Source of the DNA: Lophium mytilinum
Taxonomy: Eukaryota
Direction of reading: 5' to 3'
Assembly (NCBI GenBank): GCA_010093605.1
Contig: MU004185.1
Span: 207,334 to 271,333 of the forward strand
Length of the DNA: 64,000 bases
Position 1 is the first letter of the stretch. Every line of letters begins with the position of its first letter. The notes under the pieces are model-generated. The model made no database searches. It was not told the origin of the DNA and worked only from the letters and a program-made list of their open reading frames with translations. The position numbers and the translations under genes were made by a program. Positions 25,781-38,617 of the stretch are shown here, piece after piece.

Positions 25781-25802
25781 ATCAGTTTTCGGACGACCCG
25801 AA

Positions 25803-26038
25803 AATCCCCTCTCCCCCAAAGGCAGCCGAGTTTATCTGATTGCGTTTTCGAATCCCCTCTCCCCCAAAGGCAGCCGAGTTTATCTGATTGCGTTTTCGAA
25901 TCCCCTCTTCCCCCAAAGGCAGCCGAGTTTTTCGGATTGCGTTTTCATATCCCCCACAGGCAGCCAAGTCTCTCCAATTGCGTTTTCGAAGCCCCCCTCC
26001 CCTCAAAAGCAGTCGAGTTTCTCTGATTGCGTTCTCGA
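25803..26038. repeat. ~48-bp minisatellite, 5 copies degenerating rightward
   Basis: Unit aatcccctctcccccaaaggcagccgagtttatctgattgcgttttcg; the first two copies are identical. Confidence 0.9.
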
Positions 26039-26842
26039 CTGTCCCAAGCTAAGGTTGATATGAAACTCAATCCTTTTTCCAACCCAAAGGTCTTGGTTTC
26101 ATATTCGCATACATGGATTCATCTCCCATTCTAATCCCAGAAATCTGCAAGCGACTCCCAGCATCTCTTTCTTTCCTACTAAATATATTGCGTGATTCCA
26201 AAGAATAATCCTATCTCTTACTACAACCTTATGGTACACGCTGAACTGAATCTGGGTCTAAATATAAAGGCAGTATTAGTTGACTTGAGCCTCATCTGCA
26301 AGGTCTGCTAGCTATATTACCGGCAGCATCCCCGTGAGGCCACTCTACTGCCGCTTAAACCCGTGAGAGTAAGCTTTATACACGCCTCTAAACTCACTCC
26401 CCTTCAACTTACATCACTCCTCACCTACAGATTACTTTTGTGTAAAGGCAGCTTAATAGCACCTCACTTCACCATCGGAGATAACCTGCTGGCTAAACCC
26501 GTGAAAGTAAGCTTTATAAACGTTTCCGATATCTCTCCACCATCAGCTTTCAACCCCTCTCGCCCGCCAGCTTTTCAATACCACCCAAAGGCGGCCTAGC
26601 ACAACGTGACATTACCTCCAGAGATAACCTACTACATATGCCCAGAGGAGTAAGCTGTCTCCGTGAATTCAATCTCTCTCCGCCATCAGCTTACACTACC
26701 TTAGGAGTACCAACTTTCCACGCCCATTTACGAAGTCTTGTGGAGCACCACCTTTTTCAGCCACTAAACCAGACAAGGTACGTCGTCCATAGTGCATCCA
26801 TTTTGTTAAGAGTGGCGGCTAATTGTTTTCAGATCAACCAGA

Positions 26843-28117
26843 ATGGAACCCAGAAGCATGTTCGGCCCTTACGACGACACCCCAGGAACTGCAAGCGTCG
26901 CTACTCCAGCTGTTAAACTCGAGGAGACCGCCAGGTCAGGACCTAAGCCAGCAACATCTACTCCACATCCACCACGCGTCTCACCTATTCATACCGCCAG
27001 CGGACCCATTAGCAGTGACAAAGCCGGCGTCGATGCCAAGGCCCCCGACCGCATTTTCAAACCCGCATCGAAGTCCACTTCAGCACCCAAAGCCTCTGCA
27101 ACACCTGCCCTCTCAAGCTCGACTATGTCAGCCGCCGTTTACAGGGAAAGAAGGTCGCCTCCAGAGAGTGACCTGCAGGGAGATCAGGCATTGGCTGGTA
27201 ATGCCAACGCCCGAGACGGCGTTCCTCGTCCTGCATCCAACCCCGGGGATCCATCCGAAACCCTTGCGCCCCCAAAGGAAGCCATAATCGGCGCTGGCGT
27301 TGACATCTCTACACCTGCCTCCCAGCCCGCTCCTCATCTTGAAAGCTTGACATCCTCTACCCCCCCATAGTCGAGCTTGACGCCCGTCATCCCCTCGGAG
27401 AAAATGGCGTCTCCACACACTGACCTGCAGGGGGGTGAGGCATCGAATACAAACGATGATTCACCAAAGGTACGTCCTCTGCATTCAACTATTATTACTA
27501 GTCTAAGTTTGTTGTACCAGAGTCCGAATTCGAAGAAGCCCGAATCGCCAGCCAACTCGAGCGGTGGGGACGAGGGTTCCAGTCGAAAAAGAAGAGCTGA
27601 TCCATCTCTAATCCAGAAACGCGTTCGACTGGTGGACGCGGTGGTAGAAAGAAGAACAAGAAATCAAGAGTTAGAGAGGACAGTCGAGAATCTTCGACTC
27701 CAAATAGCGAAAAGCGATAACGAAAAGAATGAGCGCGAAATGAATCGAGGTTCGTTTCGCAATCAGATCAGCGACTTGGAAGAGAAGCTCAGCAATGCGA
27801 ATCGGAAACTTTCCGATACCCAAGCCGAACTGGAGAAGGTAAAAACCGACTACGAGGCAAAGATGGAAACGGAAAGACAGGCATCGAAGGTACAGATAGA
27901 CGCGGAGAAGAAGGCATTGGAGACAGCTCGGCTCGATATGGCCGAGGAACTTACAATGTATCTCGTGGATGCGCTTCTCCCCGACAGCGAGATAATAGAG
28001 GCGCTAAAGACCTATAGAATCAACGAGAACGAAGCAGAAGAAATCCTCCGAGAATTTCAACAGAGGCTATTCGAAAACGGCGAAGGTGCGGATGATGGTG
28101 GTGCAGCTGAGGATTGA
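26843..28117 (+). pseudogene. Pro/Ser/Ala-rich plus coiled-coil protein with an in-frame TAG at 27368-27370 (intron ~27470-27520)
   Basis: ORFs 26843..27370 and 27377..28117 are in the same frame. A repeated motif (SPPESDLQG / SPHTDLQG) lies on both sides of the stop. The C-terminal part is a heptad-rich coiled coil. Confidence 0.55.
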
Positions 28118-30025
28118 TATGGGCAGGGGAGGCATATGGGTTACTGAGAGATTCTCCAAGGGATAGGCGATCTGTATTCTAGCACAATCTTTCCAATCAT
28201 GGGATGCCACGATTCAATACTTCCCTTTCCTTTGGAAATTGGGGTCTGTCGCCTGTTGTCCTAGAATTTTCGTCTTGACAGCGTCACTTCTCGCCTTCTA
28301 CCCTATCCTCCCCACTGAACAAGCGGCCAGTTGGGTGGATATCAGAGGGTTTTCTGCGCCCAGTCATGGCCTAACTTTTCCTTCATTTCATGGCATCGCA
28401 TATCTGCGCTAACTTCTGTAACTTCTAGCAACTGCTATCCGTATGCTTCCTGCACCACCACACTCCATGAAACCGCCAACTTTTTGGCAATAACTGGCAC
28501 CACCGGGTTTCAAATTCTGTCCGAGCTCCACCGTCACCCCAACAATGCGAAATTCGTCGCTGCCAGGCTCTACTATTCAAAGCACTTATCCACCGTCCTC
28601 CTACCCCTGCACAATCCATCACTACGACAACTTTTCAGCGACGTGATCGGCAGTATCTTTGGAGCTGTTGCTCTAGATCTCTCGACCCTTGTTCTATCTG
28701 GGCCACTCGACAACTAGGAACCAAGTTCGAATACGTACCCTCTGTCCGAACCTTCAGTCCGCCCTTGGCCCTCATATCCCGTTTCCGTACTCTGGAAATC
28801 TCAAACATATACAGCCTCCAATTGCCACTCATCTGTCACTCTCAGCAATCCGAACGTTTTCGAATCCTCTCTACATCTCAATCGTACTCATGGCATCACT
28901 TTCATCGCTGCCTCCTGAGCTGATGGACAAGACTCTGCGCCAGTCGGTTATCAACACACAGCGCGATGTCGACACTCTCGAATCGCCCCAGACAAGGGAG
29001 GAGGTTCATGCGGTGCGAATTGGCAGAGTCTCCAGGCGGACGAACCATCAGCGCCCTCAGATCATCCTAGTCAAACTATGTCTTGATACTGTCCCCTTTG
29101 TACCCAATGTTGCTTTCCATTCGAAGTTTCGGAAAAAGTTCGTCCGGCTTTCGTTAGTGCCTTTGTACCTCCTGATGGAGGTTTTCAGTATTGCTTAGCT
29201 TCACGTGGCTCATTTGCTTCATACTTGAATTAGTTCAATACATCCTTCTGTCCACAAAAGAGCATATCCCTATTATCAATCCTCCCAACTACCTAGGTAT
29301 GTTTATACTATAAGTAAACTAGAAAGTTGCAGCTGTGGAAATGAGGCCGGTTTTCGTCATCCCTTAGTGCCATTCGTCGCATACCTGAGTAGCGGACAGC
29401 TAAGCGGGTCACGAGTTCGGTGAATAGGGTGTGGGAGGGGGGCCCTCACATAGCCCTAGCGATACTTATCCGAAGCATGACAAGCTAGTGATAGTGGTTA
29501 GTGAAGGTTACTCCGAAGACTTATATTATTCCTTTTGGTCTGGAAATAGGTCTTCGCTACGCCCACCCCCCTCGATTACAGACGTTATTGGGTTCGCTAT
29601 TTTTAGTTCTTTCAGTGATCAGCTGAATTGTAGGCTGGAACGCATGCTTGTTATCTGTTTCCAAGCATTTACTTCTGGACATCTTGGCGTCTTGCGATAG
29701 TAGCGCTTTCAACGGGTATTTTGGCTTTCATATTGGTCTTGATCAAATGTGGACTAACAGCGCCAAAAGAGGCTAGCTTCCTCTGGGACATCCCGGCCGT
29801 GCAGCATGACGTGAAAGCTCTTCTTTGATGACTCTGCAATCAGCATTACTTGTTTTATATAATAATGCACCCACTCGCTTTTTAATGAAGAGCAAAGATG
29901 ACCCTCTGAGATATAAAGTTACTTTGACTTAGAAGTATTGTTTGCCATCCTTGTCCGAACGGCGACAATCCCGGCCGCAGATCGAAGCACATCGCCTTTT
30001 CTAGCCATCGCCTTTTCTAGCCATC

Positions 30026-31327
30026 ATGGATCCCTCAGCAACCTTCGCCAACTGTCAAGTTCATCAAAACACCAGCGATACCTTCCAGCATGAGTGCCAC
30101 ACCAATACCAGCCAGTATGCCGTCCAGGACCTGGAGAAGCAGATCCGCGAGAGGAACAGTCGTGGGTGGCGAAAGATCGTTATCAACTTCACCCCGTCAT
30201 GGTTCTCCGTAAACATGGGCACAGGCATCGCCTCTATTCTCCTTCAAAACCTACCTTACAACGGAAGATGGCTATACTGGATTTCGGTCATCATTTTCTG
30301 CCTCAATGTCCTTCTCTTTGTCACTTTCCTAGCGATATCAGTCCTCCGATACGTAATGTTTAAAGGATTATTCATGTTCATGATTCGGCATCCTGTCCAA
30401 TCGCTCTTCGTTGGCACGTTCCCGATGGGTCTGGCGACTATTATCAACATGATTGTTTTCGTGTGTGTACCTGCATGGGGTCCTTGGGCAGTGACCTTTG
30501 CTTGGACTCTTTGGTGGATCGACGCGGCTATCTCGGTCGCGACTTGCTTCTCTCTTCCATTCATAATCATGAGCAATCACAAGTCCGATCTCTCAACTAT
30601 AACGGCGGCATGGCTCCTTCCAATCGTCAGCACCATCGTCGCATCCGCTTCCGGTGGCATCGTAGCCGAAGTACTGCCAAATCCGCAACACGCGCTATGG
30701 ACCGTTATCGTCTCTTACATTCTCTGGGGCACTGGTTTCCCTCTCGCGATGGTGGTGTTGGTCATGTACTTCCAACGTCTTACCATCTACCACCTCCCGC
30801 CTCGCGAGGTAATCGTCTCGGTCTTCCTCCCTCTCGGTCCCCTCGGCCAAGGCAGCTTCGCCCTGATGCAGCTCGGCAAAGTCGCCTTGAAGATATTCCC
30901 CATCACAGGGACTTTCGAACCCGACAGCGGACGCTTCTTCTACAATCTCGGGAACTACGCCGCCCTGATAATATGGGGCTACGGACTCGTATGGCTCTTC
31001 TTCGCCCTCGCGAGTATCAGCCGAAGCAGATTCCCGTTCAATATGGGCTGGTGGGGTTTCACGTTCCCCTTGGGCGTGTATACGGTTGCGACGACTACGT
31101 TAGCGAAGGATCTACCGAGCCAGTTCTTCAAAGTGCTGGGCACGATTTTCTCCGTGACGGTAATTCTTCTGTGGTTGACGGTTTTCATCAAGACGCTCCA
31201 GCGAGCAGCTACGGGGAAGCTGTTTTTTGCGCCTTGTGTCAAAGACTATGAGGCGCAACTAGCACAGAAGACGGTGGGGCCGAGTGCGGCAGAAGGCGAT
31301 TCAGAGACACGGTCTAAATCGGGGTAG
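30026..31327 (+). CDS. SSU1: SLAC1/TDT-family transporter (sulfite efflux pump SSU1 / C4-dicarboxylate transporter)
   Basis: NFTPSWFSVNMGTGI, TAAWLLPIVSTIVASASG, VFLPLGPLGQG, FNMGWWGFTFPLG; about 10 TM segments; intronless. Confidence 0.9.
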   Translation: MDPSATFANCQVHQNTSDTFQHECHTNTSQYAVQDLEKQIRERNSRGWRKIVINFTPSWFSVNMGTGIASILLQNLPYNGRWLYWISVIIFCLNVLLFVTFLAISVLRYVMFKGLFMFMIRHPVQSLFVGTFPMGLATIINMIVFVCVPAWGPWAVTFAWTLWWIDAAISVATCFSLPFIIMSNHKSDLSTITAAWLLPIVSTIVASASGGIVAEVLPNPQHALWTVIVSYILWGTGFPLAMVVLVMYFQRLTIYHLPPREVIVSVFLPLGPLGQGSFALMQLGKVALKIFPITGTFEPDSGRFFYNLGNYAALIIWGYGLVWLFFALASISRSRFPFNMGWWGFTFPLGVYTVATTTLAKDLPSQFFKVLGTIFSVTVILLWLTVFIKTLQRAATGKLFFAPCVKDYEAQLAQKTVGPSAAEGDSETRSKSG

Positions 31328-31796
31328 CAGTTGGGATGTGAGGCCCGACTGTTTGTATATACCAGCTTACACGTAATTATAACAAGGTGAAACGCTTCTC
31401 TTGCCCTCCAGCCCTACTAGGTACTCTCGTTCGTTGTCACCATCTTAAGCTGGGTGGTACCAGCACCTCTCTTCACGAATAGGTACAGGTCTCGTCTCCC
31501 CTCCCGGACTCAGAGCCAGCTTCTAGGACTTTCTGGAACTCGAGATCACTGTAAACGTGGAGTCGAGAATCCACACTCTTTCCCTCCTCGGCTGCTTCTG
31601 GTGAAGGTGGAAGACCTGTGCAATAGACCACCCATTAGTATTTGCCCAACCATCTACTTGCCAGCTTCGTCATATGCTATTGCTAATGCTTCAATATCTA
31701 GTCTCTCTCTTGTTCCAGCATCAGCCACAGCAACTACTTCTAATGCCTCTTGAAGCTCGTCATCTCCGCATTGCGTGACTGAAAAGGTGGTGTAGT

Positions 31797-33932
31797 CTAA
31801 CATCTCGAGAACTCGGCCTCGGTCTTCGCGTTGGCGACAATATGCTTCGAGGATTTATGCTGGAGAAACTCCGCTAGATCCAATACCTTCGCTTTTCCAA
31901 GCCCGTCAGCCGTGATGAAGGCGTAACGACTCCCACTGATTTGGTTTTCCATCATCGAGCTCGCCTTTTGAGTGATCAAGACTGTCCATTCGCCCTGCCG
32001 AATCGGTCGGGACTCCGAATAGAATCTGCGACTGTCTCTTGCGACTCTCTTTGCTAAGCGGTAGAGGTCGGGTGGAAGAGCATTTACTTGGCTTTTAGAC
32101 TGTGCGATAGTTAAAATCTGGAAAACCATAGGCGTAGGGGATGTTTGAGGGAAGAACGTACTTGACTTGAATGTGCGAAGCAGTATGCTGCGGCGAGCCC
32201 GGTTGACGCCAAGTTGAATGTGATAGGGTTGTCCGTGTTCCAGCAATCGGGATGGTTACTCACCAGGTATTTGATGAAGTTGCCAACTCCCCTAACCAGG
32301 TTCTCAACAGGCGAAAAGTGGTCTAGCAGTGGAAACGCAGTGACCCGGATTGAGTTCTGTAGTGACAAGGTCGTCGTCTAATATGCAGTTCTTCCAAGGA
32401 CATCCTCCATCTCTGAGACGTAGCTTCTTCTCGTTTTGACCACAAACCCAAAGTAGTTGAACGATAGGGGCCTTAGCGTTTCTTGAATACTCATTTTCGC
32501 AAGGAGACGTAAACTCGAAGTCCTCAAATGCTCGTTGATATGTATTAGGGAAGTGAAAGCTGCATCCGGGTGTCCTTGTATTAGTCCGATCATGTCATCG
32601 ACACTATGATGTGCATCGAACTTGGTGAGTTGGCGTAAGGAGGGCCAATTCGGCAGGCGAAGCCCGAACTTTTTCAATGAGACGAGTTTATTTCCTGTCA
32701 GATCCAAAGCTTTGGGTTGCACCAACGCAACAAGCTCGTTGACTGCACATTCGGGCAAGTCATGGAACATGCTCAAGTCCAACCTTCCAGAGGCTGAATT
32801 ATTGCTCTTTGAAAGAGTTCGGTATAGAATTTGAGGAGCATGGGGTGATACTCCAACCATATCAGTGTGGTTGAGGAGGAATTCCAGGAGTAGTGGGTAG
32901 AATTCGGGTATAGTTTCGGCTTCTGCGATCCATGTATGGTAGTCTTGATCTGTCAAAGCCGCCTCGAAGACTCTCATTATTGACCGGTTTCCAGGCGAAG
33001 ATTGTGGTGTTCTGCGGTCGTTATCGGTAGACACTGACCTAGATCTAAGATCAGACTCTCCGGGTCCACGCGCTCTTTCCAATGTGCCCACGGTCTCTTG
33101 ATTGACCAGCCTGGCCACGTAGATTCCAGGGTTGCGGTATCGATGAGGGGGCGAGAAGCAAAATCTTCCACCAGTACTGCATATCTGCTACTCCATCTAT
33201 TGTTCACCGAGTCACCCTGTCTGCGATAGTACAATATCAAATAGTCCGTGGCGGTCATTGGGGCCATCATGAAGCGGACTGGTGTCTTTGGCAATGGGCG
33301 CATCCTTAGGAAGCAGTGATTGACAGCTGCAAGATTTGTGATGTCGAGAATCGTGTTTGCATCGTCGTCTTCAGCTCTCATGATATGCAAATTCCAAGAA
33401 TTTAGTATGACCCGAGAGGAGACCTTGCCCCTATCAAGTGCCGCAGATATCCCGACCACCATACAAGTCGTGATGAAAGGAAACTTCGACGGTTGTGGGC
33501 CATCGGATGCGATGAAGGTAGAGTCGTCGTCGCTCGGATAGTCGCATTCTTCGTCGTCATCGTCGTCGGGCGCTTCGCTCCATTTCCCTCCGCTATAGTC
33601 CTCATCGCTGAGGTGTTTTGCACTCTCCAGCTCATGGTGAAGGAGGGCTCGGTTCTCTAGGTCTTGAAAGATTCTGAGCAATCTGAGACAGCCTGTATGA
33701 AAATTAGCACAAATGGCTACGAAGAACTCAAGGCGTCCTAGGATAATGCGTTCGGAATATAATGGTTCCCCCACTGAGCTCTTTATGACTTACTTTCTAG
33801 AGCTATTTCGCCGAAAGTGCCGCTAAGATCACGGCGGGTCACATAGTTGGCTGCAGCCAGTCCACGATACCGGTGTCCGATTTTCGCAATAACGAAGACT
33901 TGATGGCTGGTGTCGTACTCATATCCGTCCAT
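31797..33932 (-). pseudogene. Disrupted conserved fungal hypothetical gene (frameshift between 33118 and 32977; in-frame TAG at 32378-32380)
   Basis: Exon 1 MDGYEYDTSHQVFVIAKIGHRYRGLAAAN...IALE splices (GTAAGT..CTAAT..CAG) to CLRLLRIF...FPFITTC. The frame then changes, passes a TAG, and a further GTACGT..TTAAC..CAG intron leads to ...GEWTVLI...RYAFIT. Confidence 0.7.
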
Positions 33933-35092
33933 GGTAACTTCGTAGCTAACTTAACCCCTAGATTGCACAGCTTTATAGGCCTGTCGGGGAATGAATTTGG
34001 TTGCAGAAGGTGGGAATAGGAAGTCAGCGGGCCCAAAGCTGGGGTAATATGTGCTGAGTCGGCCAGCCCTGTGCGTCAACCTACGCATCTGGTGAATGGA
34101 AATATCTTGGCACCTCAATATCAAGATGTAGTATCTCGTTATAGTTCTCTACGCGCTCTCCTGTTACTACTGGATAGACTCGTCTTAATCTATGCTTGTC
34201 ATCTTACCAGGCAATCGTCTTCAAAGTAGTGCGGCTAATTTGAGGACGGTTTAAAGTGGTGAATTTTGACTACACTTGCATTCCTAACAAGACCTTGAAC
34301 GCTTCAGCATTTTCAAAGACCTATACGGACATCAGTAACGAGACATCGTACATAGAGGCAGCTTGACCGTCTTCGCAAACTTCAACGGCGTCGATCCACT
34401 AATTTGACCAGAAATCTCGGTAGGCACAGCTATTACCACAACTTCATAACGGTTCATGTACGCAAGGCCTGATATTAGCCACTCATCAATTGTCACATAG
34501 CGTAATACGCCATGGGACTGTCGGAAGTGGCGGTGTTTCGCTGCTTTTGCTCCACTAGGGGTTAGAATTCGGGATATCTTTGCACTTCTTTCGTCACGTT
34601 GGGGAAACCGGGGAAGAGAGAGAGCGGGGAGGTCGGGATCAAACGAGACAAGAGGAAAAGGATTGCTGGTGATCGAATAAGCTTTAAAACACGGAGATGT
34701 AACAAAATTTGCTTCACTAGCCTGTCACAGCTACATACAACGGGCAAGGCGAATAGACGACTCTTTGCAAAGGTATAGAAGCACACCGAGAGTTTTCAAA
34801 TAAAAAGTGTACATACCTACATAGCGTACTCACTGCGGGTAGGCGACAATGACGAATGACGGAAAGTAGCACGTCTTCTGATGGTACACAGAATTATTGG
34901 CAAATATATCCTCTTATACAAGGCTCAACACCTACGGTTATCCTGCCGTCCCTGCGCCGAGGATTGACCTTTCCCGAAATGCATTCATCTCAACGCCCGA
35001 ACACCGGCCATGCATTGTAGTTGCAGCGCTCTCTGGCTACACGAATAATACTGTCGAATCAGAGAAGAGAAATTGAGGACAACTAGCCGCTC

Positions 35093-35875
35093 TCAATGCT
35101 TCCCCTTTTTCCTGTTCTTGCCCTTGGGTCCGCCCGCAGGAGAGTCCACCAACACGGCATCATCATCGCTACCCAGCTTCGCCATGGCTGGCTTGATGCT
35201 GTTGCTGCTTGCCGTTGTAGCCAACGATGGTTTCGCAGTCTTTTCCTCATCCAACTCCTTCATAAGCCCCGAGGAAATATCGGCCTTTCGCCTCTCCCAC
35301 CACTCCTTCTCGGCGTTGGCTTGACCTTGGATCTCAGTGATGCGGGCGCGGATTTGAGCGTTCTGGGCCATTTCGGAAGCGGACTGGAAAATGGTTTGGC
35401 CCCAATTGGGAGAAAATGCGTTAGCCTGTGGCAGTTAGCGCCCCTCTTCCACTGAATCTCAGCTGTATGGGTAGTCTCGTACCTCGCTAACGACATCCCT
35501 TAACTCCTCTTCAATTTCCTTCTCGGCCCTCTGGAAGCGCTGCCATAGATCATCCCCCACACTGCCCCTCTGCAACAGCGTGCTCAGTGCCTGCTTTGCA
35601 TTCCTAATCTGCACGATACGGTGGATATCCTCTATAGCTCTCCGCAGCAGCGCTGCCTTGAGATGGCCGTCGGAAACCTTGGGCGAACCGGTTTCGGGCT
35701 CTTGGTGGAGGAGGGTGAGGTAGATGTCCCGCTGGAGATGTTGGCCAAACCACGGCGCTAGAGACGCTGCTCTAGAGATTTTGCCCTTGCGGTATACTGA
35801 CGTAAAGACGGCGAGGGATCCGACGAGAATGCCTAGGTAGGCAATGGCGAAGGCGAGCCCGATCAAGTCGACCAT
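35093..35875 (-). CDS. SEC66: Sec62/63 translocon subunit Sec66 (intron ~35426-35482)
   Basis: N-terminal TM; PWFGQHLQRDIYLTL; LKAALLRRAIEDIHRI; LLQRGSVGDDLWQRF; ANAFSPNWGQTIFQSASEM. Confidence 0.93.
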
Positions 35876-36347
35876 CTCGGAGGTGCGCCCAGCGAGGGGC
35901 TATTCTACTTCGTGTCTGGGACAGAGACCGTGGGACGGTGGGCGTATTGGAAGGAGGTGGTAGTATCCGGTGCGTGTGTGCGTGTGCGTGTACAGAGGGC
36001 GGCCGCTATCGGGGGTGGCTCGATGTCTTCACTGCACCGGCAAGGAGGAATAAAATAAGGCCAGAGTTGCAGTCGGAATCTTGGCGAAATCTGATAGGGC
36101 TGAGAGTACGGCACACGATATCATCCTGACGCGCAGGTGGGCTGCGTCGGGTGTCGCACTGGCGAGCCCTAGCAGCTACACCCTACCTTCTGACGCCTTC
36201 CACCACCACCTACAACCCATTACGAACCACACTGTCGCCTGTCTCTGCCTGCCGCCCTCTTCACCTGCCTGGAGATCACCGCCGTCTACAAATAACTAAT
36301 CTTGATAGTCCCAGAATCTCCACACCGTACACTAGCCCGCCGTCAAT

Positions 36348-38351
36348 ATGATACTGAGATTCTTTAGCCGCGAGGGGCAGTTCCGCCTCGAGGTGCAGCC
36401 ATCTACGACTTTCACTGATATCATACCCCAAGTCGCCGAGAAGCTGCCCAAAACGATCGACATCAAGTCCATATCTGTGAGCAACAAGCCGCACGGTGGT
36501 GATCACAGGAAGCTCAGTACGCTCAAAGGCGTCACGTTTGACCAGGTGGGCCTCAGGTAGGCAAGGCTCTTATCATAAAGCGACGCCGCTGACGCCTATT
36601 ACAGCCATGGAGCTCCTCTTTACCTTGACTTCACCGACCAGCAGTCAGTGTCCAACGGACACTCCGAGCCCGGAGCTACTTCCAACCGCCTGAACGGACG
36701 CGCCGTGTCCCCCTCAGAATCTGCATCCGTTACGGTCCCACTAGGATCGCCTACACAGCTCATTAAGAACCCTTGGGAGGTCGTGAAACAGTCGCCTCTG
36801 GACGACAGACTGGACAAGCTCGATGGCAAGATACCCCGAAAGCTGGATCAGAAGATGTGCAGGCACGGGCCGAAGGGCATGTGCGACTATTGCATGCCGC
36901 TAGAGCCATACGCCCCGGAGTATATGCTAGACAAGAAGATCAAGCACCTTTCGTTCCACTCATACCTTCGCAAGATCAACACCGGGAAGAACAAGCCAGA
37001 ATCCGGGACATCGTACATGCCGCCACTTAGCGAGCCATACTACCGTGTCCGACCAGATTGTCCAGCGGGCCACAAGCCTTTCCCCGAGGGCATTTGCACA
37101 AAATGCCAGCCGAGCGCAATCTCGTTACAACCGCAGGAATATCGAATGGTGGATCACGTCGAGTTTGCCACACCTGATCTCATAAACTCACTTTTGGATT
37201 TCTGGAGGACAAGCGGAAGCCAGAGACTGGGATTCCTCTATGGGAGATATGAGGAATACACAGAGGTACCGTTAGGAACAAAAGCGGTCGTCGAGGCCAT
37301 CTACGAACCCCCGCAGAGCAACGAAGCTGATGGAGTGTCGCTTGGAGAATGGGATAATGAGAAGGAAGTGGATGAGATAGCGAGGGCGTGTGGGCTAGAG
37401 AAGGTTGGAGTTATCTTCACAGATCTCCTAGATGCAGGAGAAGGAGATGGCTCCGTGGTTTGCAAAAGACACATCGACTCCTACTTCCTCTCATCACTGG
37501 AAATCCAATTCGCTGCACGGTTACAGGCCAAATACCCACGACCCACCAAGTGGAGCGAAACTGGGAAATTCGGATCAAACTTTGTTACTTGTCTGATCAC
37601 TGGCAATGAAGACGGCGAGATTGGCATTGCTTCATATCAGGCTTCAAATGCGGCTGTGGAAATGGTCAGGGCGGACATCATCGAACCATCTGCGGAGCCG
37701 TCCGTCATGCTCGTCCAAGCGGAAGAGGACAACGATGTTCTCAACAAAGCGAGATACATTCCCGAAGTCTTTTACCGCCGAAAGAACGAGTATGGCGTCA
37801 ACGTACAGGAGAACGCGAAACCTTCTTTCCCTGTAGACTACTTACTGGTCACGCTCACCCACGGTTTCCCCAACGAATCGAACCCAATCTTCATAGGACC
37901 GAAATTCACGATCGAGAACCGAGAGCTTATTGGCCAAATGCAAGAACCATCAAGTCTGTCTAAGGCGTTGAACGCGAAGGCAAATGGCCTTGCTCTAAGC
38001 ACGTCGAGTGGAGTCAAGTCCGTGTCTGACTTCCATCTCATTACCTTCATCCACAAGCTTGGCATATTAAGCAAGGTATTATTCCCTCACACATCGTTAA
38101 CATTCTTGATAACTAAACACTGCCGCCATTAGGACGAAGAAACCCTTCTCTACCACGTCGCAAGCAAACACGACCTATCACAAGGCCTACAGCTACAGCA
38201 CAGCCCGGGATGGGCCACTCTTCTGACCATCCTCAAAGAAAGCGGTGAGAGACCCCCTAAACGTGCAACTCCTCATCGCGACTTCTCCCCAAGCGATAGC
38301 ACAGAACAGCTTGCTAAGAGGGTCAAGGGGGTTAGCCTGAAGGGAAAATAA
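36348..38351 (+). CDS. NPL4: Nuclear protein localization protein 4 (Cdc48-Ufd1 cofactor); introns ~36557-36604 and ~38076-38132
   Basis: [63 protein letters not shown]; last exon ...[14 protein letters not shown]...GK*. Confidence 0.96.
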
Positions 38352-38617
38352 TTAAAGATTGTTTTTCCTTTTGCTACTCTTTTGTGTAGGTTCGCCCACG
38401 TATGTAGACTCCAGAAGTCATGACCCGATTCGAACGAGCTAAGACAAGCTGGTGCTGGGGCGGAATGGGATAGATTCTGGGGCATCTGGGGAACGGTCAT
38501 CATCGTGCTATCTGCATCTTCGATGATGATAGCTATGGCCGCAGCTAAATAAAACAATACGAAAGGCATTGGAACTGAAATGTGTGCTCTTTTGTGACTT
38601 TATCTAAGGCTGAATGG

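Noticed and set aside
25803..26038. CRISPR-like array
   Set aside because: The units abut without unique spacers, the context is eukaryotic and there are no cas genes; it is a minisatellite.
29991..30022. 16-bp tandem duplication just before the SSU1 ATG as a transposon footprint
   Set aside because: The duplication is real, but nothing distinguishes it from replication slippage.
4163..34000. Starship or other large integrative element inserted at the tRNA
   Set aside because: No DUF3435 tyrosine-recombinase captain, transposase or boundary direct repeats are visible in the window.
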